Below, piece after piece: positions 1 through 9,474 of a stretch of DNA of 64,000 bases. The stretch comes from a virus. Position numbers and translations under genes: made by a program. Location of the stretch: the IMG/VR virus record IMGVR_UViG_3300005337_000002. One strand, given 5' to 3'. The notes below the pieces were generated by a model. That model saw nothing but the letters and a program-made list of their open reading frames with translations. It was not told where the DNA came from and did not search any database. Every line of letters starts with the position of its first letter. The first letter of the stretch is position 1.

Positions 1-129
1 CGGCTGCAAGGCCGCTATCTGGGCCCGCAATTCCTGAATGCGCTGTTGGGCGGCTTGCGTGGCCGCACCAAAGCCCATGGTTTCCATGCGCAGGGTCGCG
101 GTCAAAGTCCCAATATTGACGTCTGCCAC
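1..129 (-). CDS. Tape measure protein N-terminus (partial)
   Basis: GTG at 127-129 after AGGA; reads (M)ADVNIGTLTATLRMETMGFGAATQAAQQRIQELRAQ; lies downstream of tail chaperones. Confidence 0.65.
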   Translation of the reverse strand, partial: MADVNIGTLTATLRMETMGFGAATQAAQQRIQELRAQIAALQP

Positions 130-170
130 TGTCCTACGTCCTTCCGTGTGTCAGCGATGTCTTCGCTGTG

Positions 171-500
171 CTAGGGCCACGGGACCGCATGCCCACTGTC
201 CAGGAGGGCTTGATTCACGTCAACGCCGGTGTGCGTCGTCAGCACGCCCAGATAGCGCCCGTAGTTATCCGTGCGATCCTTGATCGTCACCAGCGTCACG
301 GGCGCCGGGAGTGGTCCGAGCAGCGATGCCAGATAGTCGCGGGCGATCTTGCCTTCGGGCGTCGCGAGTTCTGGGGCATTGAGATGGGCCAGCCGAAGCC
401 GCATCCCGCGCCACCAGAGCGAGAACCCGCAATCGCAGTCTAAAAGAACTGTATCAGCATCGACTATTCGTGTGACGAGGGCGCTATAGGTATACAGCAC
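171..500 (-). CDS. Thermonuclease (SNase-like) protein
   Basis: RIVDADT, RLAHLNAPE, DNYGRYLG, VNQALLDSGHA match SNase motifs. Confidence 0.85.
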   Translation of the reverse strand: MLYTYSALVTRIVDADTVLLDCDCGFSLWWRGMRLRLAHLNAPELATPEGKIARDYLASLLGPLPAPVTLVTIKDRTDNYGRYLGVLTTHTGVDVNQALLDSGHAVPWP

Positions 501-883
501 TACGCCTTCTCCCCGTTGTAGGGGATATAGCCGGTCCGGGGCACCTCGGGGAGGCTGTTCCAGAACTCCGCAAACTGCGTCATCCGGTCCTTCAGCGTGT
601 CCACATCAGGCTCCACGTGCGCCGGCGTCGGCGCATAGCCAAACCAACTGCGTACCTCGTCCCAGGTAAAGGGGTCGCGGCGGTGCTCACTATCGCGGTG
701 CACGTTCATCGTCACTTGCAGGAGGAGCAGCAGCGGGGCCTCCCGGCGTTCCTGCTGGGCGAGCTGCGCGGCCTTGAGCAGATGCGCCTCGCGAAAGGTG
801 AGCCGCCAGAACTCCGTCTCGCTTAGACCAAGGACGGTGCGGTCATAGGCCCAACAGGCGTCCCAGTCGATGCGGCCAAAGGG
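500..883 (-). CDS. Tail assembly chaperone T segment (-1 frameshift extension)
   Basis: LGLSETEFWRLTFRE typical of gpT; entered through slippery CCCTTTG at 877-883. Confidence 0.7.
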   Translation of the reverse strand, partial: PFGRIDWDACWAYDRTVLGLSETEFWRLTFREAHLLKAAQLAQQERREAPLLLLLQVTMNVHRDSEHRRDPFTWDEVRSWFGYAPTPAHVEPDVDTLKDRMTQFAEFWNSLPEVPRTGYIPYNGEKA

Positions 884-1278
884 TCCGGGTCTGTCCCGCC
901 CCCTTGCGGTGTCGGGTCGCTCGGTGCGGGCGGACTCGCCGCTTGCCAGGCTTGCATCAGGGCAATGGCGAACGGGACGAGATCGCCCGGCGTCATGTAC
1001 GGGAGTGCCTCTTCCACCTCGGCATAGGTCAAGGACGGATCCTCGGCCAGCAAGCCCTGCCACACGAGGACGCTGATGTCCGTCACACTGAGCGCGGCCA
1101 CATCGCCGTCCGCCAGATTCTGCGCCAGACGCACCATGGCGGAAAAGAACGTGCGCTCCTTGCCCCAGTGGCGCGACAAGGCTAACTCACTCTGCCGCAC
1201 GGCCCGCCGGTCAAAGAGCAGGTGGCGCTCGCGGTCGAGGGTGACCGGGACGGGCTCAATAATGCGGGGGATGTCCAT
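823..1278 (-). CDS. Tail assembly chaperone gpG-like
   Basis: Between tail tube and tape measure; overlaps the -1 frame ORF. Confidence 0.75.
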   Translation of the reverse strand: MDIPRIIEPVPVTLDRERHLLFDRRAVRQSELALSRHWGKERTFFSAMVRLAQNLADGDVAALSVTDISVLVWQGLLAEDPSLTYAEVEEALPYMTPGDLVPFAIALMQAWQAASPPAPSDPTPQGGGTDPDPLAASTGTPVGPMTAPSLV

Positions 1279-1317
1279 AGGAGATACCTTTACGATACGG
1301 ACGAGAAAGATACAGTT

Positions 1318-1722
1318 CTATGCGAACGCCATGGCCTCATCGGGAGACAAAATGAATCGCAAAGGCAAAGCTCCCTCGACCGGCGCATTCGGCATGCTGA
1401 AATCGCTCACAAAGGCATTAAAGGTCCACGTCGGATTCCCGGTAACTGGAAGTACTATCGTGATCGCGAGTGACGTTCCAGCAAGGGCTGCAGTCAGCAA
1501 GGCTTGATGCTGGGCATTACCTGGGACCCAGTTAGCATCAACAGTAATAGGCTTTCCACGCTTAAGAGTAGGTATACTAACGCCCCAGCCGCCGCCATCA
1601 TGGCTCGTCACATCAGTCAATCCAGTACTAAATCCAACATCCGTAATATTTCGCACCTCCGGCACGGTCGTCCCCGCAACCTTCAAAAGCGTGCCGTTTG
1701 CAGACTTGGCAAGTGTTGTCAT
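1318..1722 (-). CDS. Tail tube (major tail) protein, lambda gpV-like
   Basis: EVRNITD, DVTSHD, WTFNAFVSDF pattern; position upstream of chaperones. Confidence 0.8.
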   Translation of the reverse strand: MTTLAKSANGTLLKVAGTTVPEVRNITDVGFSTGLTDVTSHDGGGWGVSIPTLKRGKPITVDANWVPGNAQHQALLTAALAGTSLAITIVLPVTGNPTWTFNAFVSDFSMPNAPVEGALPLRFILSPDEAMAFA

Positions 1723-1742
1723 GCCCTATCCCTTTCTCATAG

Positions 1743-2405
1743 TTAGGACGGCGACCAGGTCATCTGGCCGTCAATGGCAATCGTCACAATGGATTGCAGT
1801 GGCCCGATGGGCATATTGGTACTATGTTCACTTACCCAGCCGCGAAAGGCACAGATCGCATGCGGCGTGCCGGGGGCAATGAGCAGCCACGGCTTGCTGA
1901 CCCCGCCAAAGGCGACGAAGAGCAGCCCGGTGAGTTTGTCATGGGTGGCATGTAAGGGCACCAGGTTGATCTCAACCCGCATCGCCTTGCCACGCTTGAT
2001 AATGGGGATTGACACGCCGAAGCCGCTGGTGCTATCGTGCGGAGAGACATCCACCATTTCGACCACAAACCCGGCATCTTGGATATTGCGCACTTCCGCA
2101 ATAGTCGTATAGGTGCTATCGAGCGTCAGCGTGCCCCCCGAGGTATAGGCGGCATTGCCGACCGAGCCCCGGAGCTTCAGATGGGTCGCATCGACGCGCT
2201 CGACAATCCAGATGCCATTCGCCGCGGTCAGGCCGACCACGCCCGTGATGGTGCCATGGGAGGCCACGGCAATCCCGTGCGGGGTCGAGGTGGTAATAAC
2301 GATGGGGGTTGCATTTGTCCCAGCACTAATGGTTAGCGGCGCAAGAGGCACATCATTGCCCAGTTGAAGCGCCATCCCGAAGGCTGAACGGGCCTGAGTC
2401 GTCAT
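1743..2405 (-). CDS. Tail tube paralog with inserted beta domain (E1 FCCH-like)
   Basis: EVRNIQD, DVSPHD, AFRGWVSE match the adjacent gene; insert TNATPIVITTSTPHG..ANGIWIV..YTSGG. Confidence 0.7.
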   Translation of the reverse strand: MTTQARSAFGMALQLGNDVPLAPLTISAGTNATPIVITTSTPHGIAVASHGTITGVVGLTAANGIWIVERVDATHLKLRGSVGNAAYTSGGTLTLDSTYTTIAEVRNIQDAGFVVEMVDVSPHDSTSGFGVSIPIIKRGKAMRVEINLVPLHATHDKLTGLLFVAFGGVSKPWLLIAPGTPHAICAFRGWVSEHSTNMPIGPLQSIVTIAIDGQMTWSPS

Positions 2406-2731
2406 GCTGCAGACCCTTTCTCGCTCTCGCTACTGCGGACGGGCTCCGGCGCTTTGGGTGCGGCCGCTGGCGCTGGGGGCCGTACCGGCGGCTTGGGTGC
2501 TGCGGGGGGTGGGGCCCGGTGTTCCGCCCGCTGGGCCGCGCGGTGGGCACGGGCCTGGGCTGCCGCATCCTCGTCAGCGGGTTCTTCCTCGGCCGGCAGC
2601 GTGACGTCATGCCGCTGTTGCATGTGCTGGGCAAAGAGGGCGCGATCGGTCGCCCAGTGGTCGCAGAACTCACACTGGAAGCGTTCGATGCCCTCCACTG
2701 TCTCGGTATGGTAGTGCAAGGATTCACTCAT
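2402..2731 (-). CDS. C2H2 zinc-finger protein with Pro/Ala-rich tail
   Basis: FQCEFC-x12-HMQQRH; start taken at MSESLHY. Confidence 0.6.
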   Translation of the reverse strand: MSESLHYHTETVEGIERFQCEFCDHWATDRALFAQHMQQRHDVTLPAEEEPADEDAAAQARAHRAAQRAEHRAPPPAAPKPPVRPPAPAAAPKAPEPVRSSESEKGSAA

Positions 2732-2943
2732 GGCGTCGTCTCCTGAGCCGCACGGGCGTCTGCCGCGGCACGCAGGGCTCTGAGCGCGGGAATGGTCGGA
2801 CTGGGGACGAGGGGCGCACGGTGGACCGTATTGAGATGGGTCGTCAGCGCGGCAAACGTCAGGCCGCTGGCGGCATTGCAGAGCAGACAGACATAGGTCG
2901 GGGGGGTATCCCAAATCGCGAGATGGTACGTCGGCGTGGACAT
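2728..2943 (-). CDS. Small C2H2 zinc-finger protein
   Basis: YVCLLC-x12-HLNTVH; 4-nt overlap with next gene. Confidence 0.6.
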   Translation of the reverse strand: MSTPTYHLAIWDTPPTYVCLLCNAASGLTFAALTTHLNTVHRAPLVPSPTIPALRALRAAADARAAQETTP

Positions 2944-2962
2944 GGCGCACCCGCCCAGAGCG

Positions 2963-3010
2963 AAAAAAAAGACCCGCGCTCAGTGCCTCGACTGCACTGA
3001 CCTGGGTCTC
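2963..3010 (-). terminator. Intrinsic terminator
   Basis: GACCC..TCAGTGC-loop-GCACTGA..GGGTC followed by T8 on minus strand. Confidence 0.7.
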
Positions 3011-3066
3011 GCCGCTCGTGAGCCCGTGCTCCTGCTGCGTGATGCCAGAGAGAGATGATGGCTGGA

Positions 3067-3095
3067 AGCATGACAGAGTTTGCGGGCGGCGTCAA
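3067..3095 (-). promoter_or_regulatory. Sigma70-like promoter
   Basis: TTGACG-17 bp-CATGCT on minus strand. Confidence 0.45.
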
Positions 3096-3111
3096 GGACC
3101 CGCGTTCGTCG

Positions 3112-3483
3112 CTACGGGTACCGCCAACTCGCAAAGCTCCGCCGATGGGGGCCCCGCCGCTGGCGCAAGCCTGCAATGGTGGCAGTGACGGTGTTGGACA
3201 CGACACTTTCATTGCCGCCCGCATCCACGGCGGTCGCCCGCCAACAATACTGAATGCCCGCGCCCACCGTGACATCGGTATAGGTCTGGACGGTGAGCAG
3301 CACGGGGGTGCGCAGCACATACGCCCCGGTACACCAGGGCTGCCGGTAGATGCGATAGCCGACGGCCGTGATCCCGCCACTCACATAATCCCACCAGAGC
3401 GTTTGCGACGCGGTGGCAGCGCTGAGCGTGGGAGCCGCAAGGCAGAGGACGAGGAGCACACCCAGACTGCGTCGGTATCTCAT
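3112..3483 (-). CDS. Fibronectin type III-like protein with signal peptide
   Basis: Basic then hydrophobic N-terminus; GYRIYR..YTD..YCWRATAVD.GNES. Confidence 0.7.
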   Translation of the reverse strand: MRYRRSLGVLLVLCLAAPTLSAATASQTLWWDYVSGGITAVGYRIYRQPWCTGAYVLRTPVLLTVQTYTDVTVGAGIQYCWRATAVDAGGNESVVSNTVTATIAGLRQRRGPHRRSFASWRYP

Positions 3484-3812
3484 GCCAGTGCCGCCATAAT
3501 CTTCAGGAGAAAATACCCATCATCGGGAAAGATGGCGATGAGCCCATCGTTCCACGCCACGTACCACTCCCCTTCATACACCCCGGGCGGTAAGGCTTGC
3601 GGGGCCGGCCAGGTATAGCGGACGGTCATCGCTGCGGGACTGACGATCTCCACCGGCGTATAGGCCAGGAGCGTGCCACTGGGCGTGCGGAGGCGCAAGG
3701 TCACGGTCGCGGCCCCCAGGTCTCGCGTATTGAGCGGCCCCCCGGCCAGCGTCGCGTCCAGCGTCGGGGCCGTGGCGCCTACCTTCATCACAAAGTCATA
3801 GTCCGTCGCCAT
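3480..3812 (-). CDS. BppU N-terminal-like structural protein
   Basis: GATAPTLDATL..DLGAATV..VRYTW..GVYEGEW..FP. Confidence 0.6.
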   Translation of the reverse strand: MATDYDFVMKVGATAPTLDATLAGGPLNTRDLGAATVTLRLRTPSGTLLAYTPVEIVSPAAMTVRYTWPAPQALPPGVYEGEWYVAWNDGLIAIFPDDGYFLLKIMAALA

Positions 3813-3815
3813 GCG

Positions 3816-5861
3816 TTAGGCCTCCACATCGGCAAGCGTGGGAATCTCCTGGATATCGGCGCGGGCCGGCCGCCGCTCGCCAAACTGACTGCGCAGCGGG
3901 CCATGCACGACGCCCGCCGAGGCGACATGCATCGTCACCTGGGTCTGCGTCTGCCCGGCGCCGGTCACGAGGGAACTGGCGCAGAGCGTCACCTGGCTCC
4001 CGGTCATGCCCTGACTCGGGCCGTCCGCGTTGGCCGTGAGGGCCGCACTGGCTGCTTCACGCAGCAGGGCGTCGAGGATGGCATGCGCGAGCATCTGGGG
4101 CACCGCGGCCACGGCGCCGTGCTGCGCGCTGAGACTACTTGCCAGTGCGTCGGCCATCGCCTGGGCCACCGCCGGACGCGCCAGCGTACTCGTGGCCAGC
4201 GCACTCGCGAGGGCCTGGGCTCCGCCTGCGGCCTGGAGGAGGTCCGTCGCCACGGTCCCGACGAGCGCCTGCGTGCTCCCGGTCCCTGGCGTCAGGTTTG
4301 TGGCGACCGTGGGCACGCTACTGGCCTGGGTCAGTGCGGGGCGGAGGGCCTGACTACTCGCGAGCACCGTCGCGATCGCGGCTTGCACGCCCGCAGTGGC
4401 GATAATACTGCTGGCGATCGTGCTGGCCAACCCCTGTACACTACTACTGCTCGCACGACTGGCATTGCCGACTGGACTCGCGAAACCCTGGAGCGTGCCT
4501 GCCGCCTGGACAAGCGCATTCCCGATGACGAGGGCGACGGCCTGCTGGACGCCCGTGCTCGTCACAAGACTACTCGCGAGCATCGCCGCCCCGGCACCGC
4601 TGCTGACGCTGGCCGCATACGTCTGCGCGGTCGGATTCCCGGTCACCTGACTACTGGCGCCCTGGGCGCTGCTGCTCACGGCCTTGAGCGAACTTGCTAT
4701 CGCGGTTGTCAGCGCCTGTGCCACCCCTGCGGCACTGAGGAGCGAACTGGTGAGCCGCGCACTCACGGCTTGCACGGCGCCCGCTGCACTGACGACCTGG
4801 TTGCCGATGGGACTGGCGGTCGCCCCACTGGCCCCGGCGGCGGTCGGCAGCAGTTGGGCCAGGATGCTCAGGATCACGCTGGCCTGCGTCGTCGCGAGTG
4901 TTTGGAGCGCCTGACTGAGGAGCGCGCTCATCCCCGCCTGCGCACTGCCCGCCCCTTGGACTGAGGCTAGCGTCGCCAGGGCTGTCGCGACGGCCTGTCC
5001 CGTGGCGGTCACAAGCGACGAGGTCAGGCGGGCGGCCGTCCCCTGACTGACCCCGAGTCCACTCGCGATGGCACTCATCAGTTGCGTGCTTGCGGCGCTG
5101 ACCGCGCCTGACGCTGTGGGGAGCATATTCGTGGCAACCTGGGCGCTCGCGAGGGCCGTCGCCGTGGCAATGACGCTGAGGAGTGCGCTGGCGATGAGGG
5201 TCGCTTGTCCCTGACTGGCGCCCGTTGTTGCCTGTAAAGAACTGGCGAGTTGCGTGGTGCTCGTCTGGACCGCCCCGCTTCCCGTCGTCACCGCGTTCAT
5301 CAGCTGGGCACTGGTCGCTTGCGCTGCGCCACTCCCGCTGCGGAGACTACTGGCGAGGAGCGATGCCAGGCCGCTACTGGTGGCTGCGCCACTGCCGAGG
5401 GCACTGAGGAGCAGCGCGGCCTGGGCTTGCGTCACCCCGGCGGCCGCGAGGACTGCGCTCATGAGGGCACTGCTGGCCGCCTGGCTCTGACCAGTTACGG
5501 GTGCCAGCGCACTCGCGAGGACGACCGCGAGGGCCTGGGTTGTGACGCTGCGCGCCAGGAGGGAACTTGCGACGGCTGCCGCTGCGGCGCTACTGGCCCC
5601 GGTGGCCGTACTGAGGATGTTGGTCGGCACGAGCAGGGTGGCCAGCGCCGTGGTGAGTCCTGTGGCTGCCTGCAGGGAGCTGGCGAGGAGCGCCGCCGTG
5701 GTCGTGGCCGCGCCACTGCCACTGCTGAGCGCACTGGCCAGGAGCGACGCGGCCGCGCTGGCTGTCCCGCTGACTGCCACGGTGGCCACGGTGGGCGTGA
5801 GGAGCGGGGCAAGATGCGCCCTGGGCTGCTGCGGCGGCGGGGGCGGATAAAAGATCGCCAT
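3816..5861 (-). CDS. Ala/Ser/Thr-rich repetitive fibre-like protein
   Basis: 681 aa, ~18-aa degenerate repeats, almost no charged residues. Confidence 0.7.
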   Translation of the reverse strand: MAIFYPPPPPQQPRAHLAPLLTPTVATVAVSGTASAAASLLASALSSGSGAATTTAALLASSLQAATGLTTALATLLVPTNILSTATGASSAAAAAVASSLLARSVTTQALAVVLASALAPVTGQSQAASSALMSAVLAAAGVTQAQAALLLSALGSGAATSSGLASLLASSLRSGSGAAQATSAQLMNAVTTGSGAVQTSTTQLASSLQATTGASQGQATLIASALLSVIATATALASAQVATNMLPTASGAVSAASTQLMSAIASGLGVSQGTAARLTSSLVTATGQAVATALATLASVQGAGSAQAGMSALLSQALQTLATTQASVILSILAQLLPTAAGASGATASPIGNQVVSAAGAVQAVSARLTSSLLSAAGVAQALTTAIASSLKAVSSSAQGASSQVTGNPTAQTYAASVSSGAGAAMLASSLVTSTGVQQAVALVIGNALVQAAGTLQGFASPVGNASRASSSSVQGLASTIASSIIATAGVQAAIATVLASSQALRPALTQASSVPTVATNLTPGTGSTQALVGTVATDLLQAAGGAQALASALATSTLARPAVAQAMADALASSLSAQHGAVAAVPQMLAHAILDALLREAASAALTANADGPSQGMTGSQVTLCASSLVTGAGQTQTQVTMHVASAGVVHGPLRSQFGERRPARADIQEIPTLADVEA

Positions 5862-5864
5862 GGG

Positions 5865-6041
5865 TTAGGGCTTGGGCGTCTGGAGCAGCGGGGCGGCCTG
5901 CGGGTGCCCCTGCACGCCACTCTGGAGATGTAGGGCATGATACTCGACAAACGCCGCGGCACACTGCGAACAGATATACTGCCCTGAGGGGAACTTGACG
6001 ATCTGGTGCACGCCCTGGAGGCACAGCGCGGGGATGGCCAT
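5865..6041 (-). CDS. Small zinc-finger-like protein
   Basis: YICSQC..HALH; GAGG RBS before MAIPAL. Confidence 0.5.
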   Translation of the reverse strand: MAIPALCLQGVHQIVKFPSGQYICSQCAAAFVEYHALHLQSGVQGHPQAAPLLQTPKP

Positions 6042-6055
6042 GGGTCCTGCCTCCT

Positions 6056-6718
6056 CTATTGCGGCGTCAGGAGGGTCTGACACCACGCGACAAAGGCGCC
6101 GACCGTCTCGCGTTCCTCATCCGTCCCGTCAAAGGCGTCGGCGGCCAGCGTCATCGCGTGCAGCATCGGCGGCGTGAGCAGGCGCGCCACGATCTGTTCT
6201 TTCACCGCCTGACTCTCATCAGGGCTCACGTCGCGCTCGGGATTCGCCTCGTCCCACGCATCAATCGCCGCGTCGACGCTGTCGCCGACGGCCATATTGG
6301 CACAACCGACACAGGTGACGCTACAGGCGGGGTCCCGCCAACTCATCTCCGCCACCTGGCGTTCGCCCGCACAGCGGCTACAGGGGTTCGTCGGGATATC
6401 GTGATAGACCGGTTCGGCCATAGGATGCTCCTTGAGAAAGAGTGGGGGCGGAGACACATGGACAAACAGTTCATAGAGATAATCGCCATAGTCAATGGCC
6501 GCTGGTCCCTGCAGATGCAATACCTTATTGGTTGTGGCCGCAAAGAGCAACGCATCGGTAATGAGGTCGCGATAGGATTCACCGTAGAGTCCACTATAGC
6601 GTGCTGCGCACTGTAGGACCTCGCCGATCTCGTCCGACGACAATACCTGCTCGGGCGTCTGATGAAAGGCCGGTGCCGTGCCTGCGGTATAGGCATGCCA
6701 CAATGCAGGCTCAGCCAT
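6056..6718 (-). CDS. Hypothetical protein with C-terminal Lar-like zinc ribbon (internal start at 6421)
   Basis: PCSRC..CVGC..AAIDAW; AAGGAG before internal MAEPVYH. Confidence 0.5.
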   Translation of the reverse strand: MAEPALWHAYTAGTAPAFHQTPEQVLSSDEIGEVLQCAARYSGLYGESYRDLITDALLFAATTNKVLHLQGPAAIDYGDYLYELFVHVSPPPLFLKEHPMAEPVYHDIPTNPCSRCAGERQVAEMSWRDPACSVTCVGCANMAVGDSVDAAIDAWDEANPERDVSPDESQAVKEQIVARLLTPPMLHAMTLAADAFDGTDEERETVGAFVAWCQTLLTPQ

Positions 6719-7145
6719 GGGCAGGCTCCTTCTCCTCCTCAGCGTCCGCCGGGGGAAAGCGCAGGTCATGGAGACCCGCAGACTGGACGAGTTGTACGTC
6801 AATATCGTCATCAAAATCGGGACTGAGCCGCGTGACGAGCCATGCCTGCAACTCCACGAGGAACGCCCCGAGGTCTATTACGCAACTATGCAGGTCGACG
6901 GCGAGGCTAATATAGGGGATCGCGCCTTCCTGACGGCGGGAGCCCGGCGTGCGGACCCGCAGCATATTCCACCGGCTTCGGCAGGCGTCTGCCGTGGCGG
7001 CACTTGCCGTCAGTCTGCACTTGGGGCACTGTGCTTGATAGGCGACGGCGTGTTCACGCCAAGCAATATAGACCACCGTCGGCGGTGTGTGACACAGGGG
7101 ACACCGCTGAAAGTCCTCATGCGAGAGGAGAAGCGGTTCGGCCAT
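6711..7145 (-). CDS. Lar-like zinc ribbon protein
   Basis: CPLC..CPKC..RWN. Confidence 0.5.
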   Translation of the reverse strand: MAEPLLLSHEDFQRCPLCHTPPTVVYIAWREHAVAYQAQCPKCRLTASAATADACRSRWNMLRVRTPGSRRQEGAIPYISLAVDLHSCVIDLGAFLVELQAWLVTRLSPDFDDDIDVQLVQSAGLHDLRFPPADAEEEKEPAHG

Positions 7146-7273
7146 TGGACACGTCCTTTCCTCTTGCTTGCACATCTGTCCTCGCGTATACTCGGCATCC
7201 GACAGTGAAACCCCCAGCGCCGTGCAACCGGCCTGGGGGATGGCACCTCTACTACTGAACAGGAGTAGCGTCG

Positions 7274-7939
7274 ATGCAGTATATATCTACCATTCTGAAG
7301 CCTACAACTCAAGATCTGACGGGCGAAAAGTTTGAACGGTTGATTGTTATAGGCTTTCGAGGCTATACGACCGCCGGGCATGCGGCATGGATTTGTGACT
7401 GCGCCTGCGGCAACGTTGTTGTCTGTCTTGCAAATAATCTCAGAAGCGGCAACTCGAAATCGTGCGGCTGTTGGAAAGAAGACTTTCCAGGACATCTTAC
7501 GCACGGGAAAAGCGCGACGCCAGAGTATCGTATTTGGAATACGATGATTCAGCGCTGCACAAATCCTAAGCAAAAATCGTATGCAGACTACGGGGCACGA
7601 GGCATACAAGTATGTGAGCGTTGGGCACATTCCTTTGAGGCTTTCTATGCTGATATGGGACCACGGCCTACGAAGGATCATACCATAGAACGTCGTTCAA
7701 ATACGGGTCATTATGAGCCTGACAATTGCGCATGGGAAACTCGTAAAGTTCAGAATAGAAACAAAAGTAACAATACCATGCTCACGCATAATGGCGTTAC
7801 GCAATGTGCGGCATCATGGGAAGAGGATACAGGCATCAAACGGCAAACCATCTTATATCGCAAGCATAACGGATGGTCTGATGCTGATGCCCTTACAATG
7901 CCAGTTGGACAATTTGGATACCGTCGTCATCGTCAATAG
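7274..7939 (+). CDS. Free-standing HNH-type homing endonuclease-like protein
   Basis: DLTGEKFERL, WICDCACG, SKSCGC, YRIWNTMIQRC, TIERRSNTGHYEPDNCAW; AT-richer, opposite strand. Confidence 0.8.
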   Translation: MQYISTILKPTTQDLTGEKFERLIVIGFRGYTTAGHAAWICDCACGNVVVCLANNLRSGNSKSCGCWKEDFPGHLTHGKSATPEYRIWNTMIQRCTNPKQKSYADYGARGIQVCERWAHSFEAFYADMGPRPTKDHTIERRSNTGHYEPDNCAWETRKVQNRNKSNNTMLTHNGVTQCAASWEEDTGIKRQTILYRKHNGWSDADALTMPVGQFGYRRHRQ

Positions 7940-7952
7940 ATACCTAAATAGA

Positions 7953-8765
7953 CTAGGCGTTTGTGATCGAGTACGTCACTGCGAGCGTGCCACTAGTACT
8001 GACTGAAAGAGCACTAAATGAATCATGCGACAGGAGAAAGGGCCAGCTATTGGTCGTGGTCGTCACGATCATGCCCACTTCCACATAGCTTCTTGGTGCG
8101 CCAGCTGTTACGGTATAGGTCACAGTATACGTACCTGTTGCGCCTGCCCCTGAGACGGCGTTCACTGTAAGAGCCGCTGATTCGGTGGGTGTCTGCATCG
8201 CAACGTCAGCAACCGTGGCCGCTGTCGCCCCGGTCCCTGCCCACCCCACCTTACTGGTGATGCCGCCACCGAGCACGGTAATCGTCATTGAGCGCGGGGT
8301 ATTCGCCGTGTCATTGATCGTCGTGGCCTGGCCGAAGAGGCCCACCTGGACCATCTTGGCAAAGTTATTGACGAGGAGATTGGCCGGCCCTTCGCGCATA
8401 CCAATGAGGGTCTTGTCGCAGGCGCACCCGCCGGGGATGCCCCAGTGATCGCGATTATGGCACGGCTCATAGGCACGTACGGTGAGGTCCATACGAAACG
8501 CGTTGCAATCGATCTTCGGCTCGCTGACCCCCTCGATCCACTGCCCCGTGCGCGTATCCTTAAACCGCACCCGGGCCGGTGCCACGACCGGCGGGGCTAG
8601 CACGGACGTGAGCCCGCCATAGTCCACGCCGCGCCGGGCATAGCCTTGTTTCCGCAGCAGGTAGTCCCGCGTGAGGGCGGCAAATTCGTGCGCGTCCAGT
8701 TGCTCGGCCAACAGAGTCGGAAGCAGAAACGGGGTCATCGGGCTTGTCTCAACGGCGCTGGGCAT
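7953..8765 (-). CDS. Putative virion structural protein
   Basis: NLLVN, GTGATAATVAD, YVEVG, LAVTYSIT pattern seen in tail proteins. Confidence 0.55.
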   Translation of the reverse strand: MPSAVETSPMTPFLLPTLLAEQLDAHEFAALTRDYLLRKQGYARRGVDYGGLTSVLAPPVVAPARVRFKDTRTGQWIEGVSEPKIDCNAFRMDLTVRAYEPCHNRDHWGIPGGCACDKTLIGMREGPANLLVNNFAKMVQVGLFGQATTINDTANTPRSMTITVLGGGITSKVGWAGTGATAATVADVAMQTPTESAALTVNAVSGAGATGTYTVTYTVTAGAPRSYVEVGMIVTTTTNSWPFLLSHDSFSALSVSTSGTLAVTYSITNA

Positions 8766-8809
8766 GGCCAGGCTCCTTGTTGGTTAGAATGGTTATGGGC
8801 TACTTCAGC

Positions 8810-9310
8810 CTAGCCACCTTCGACATACGTCACCATGCACGTCCAGCCGGTGAGCAGGATCGGCGCCACTGGCAGATGCACGCCAAAGCCCGCCGCGGCG
8901 CCGGCTTCACACTCAATGCGCTCGTCCGGGGTGGCGACCCACTGCCAGCCATTGAGCACATTGAAGGTATCGGCGATGATCACCGTTTTCGCCCCGGCAC
9001 CTTCGGCCGAGGCATTGACACCCGCGGTGCCCGCCGCACCGGTCGTGCCGCCCGCAATCTGCGAGGCCGGGGCGCCAATGACATGCGGGGCGGGCGTGGC
9101 CGAGACGAGGGTCGGAAAGGCGGTCACCTGGCTACTGAGTTGAATCGCCTGCATGGCACTGGCCGGCGGTACAATCGTGGTCCGCTGCGAGACGAGCACC
9201 CGCAGAATTTCAAAACCGCAGGTCGCACTCGGGTTCAGAAAAGCCAGCGTGACCGCCTGGTTGGCGACCGTGACCCCGCTACAATTCAGCGTATAGACAC
9301 GACGAGCCAT
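8810..9310 (-). CDS. Hypothetical beta-rich structural protein
   Basis: AAGGAA RBS; within late operon. Confidence 0.55.
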   Translation of the reverse strand: MARRVYTLNCSGVTVANQAVTLAFLNPSATCGFEILRVLVSQRTTIVPPASAMQAIQLSSQVTAFPTLVSATPAPHVIGAPASQIAGGTTGAAGTAGVNASAEGAGAKTVIIADTFNVLNGWQWVATPDERIECEAGAAAGFGVHLPVAPILLTGWTCMVTYVEGG

Positions 9311-9474
9311 CGCATTCCTTACTGCGCCAGGAGCGGCGCGACATGGGCATCCTGGCCACTATGCGCCCAGAGGAGCAGGCTCCCGGCGGGGTCCGTCCAC
9401 TCCGTGACCGTCCAGAAATCGTTCCACAGCGCCACCGTCATACTCCGTCTCCTTGTCATGTATGCATAGAAATA

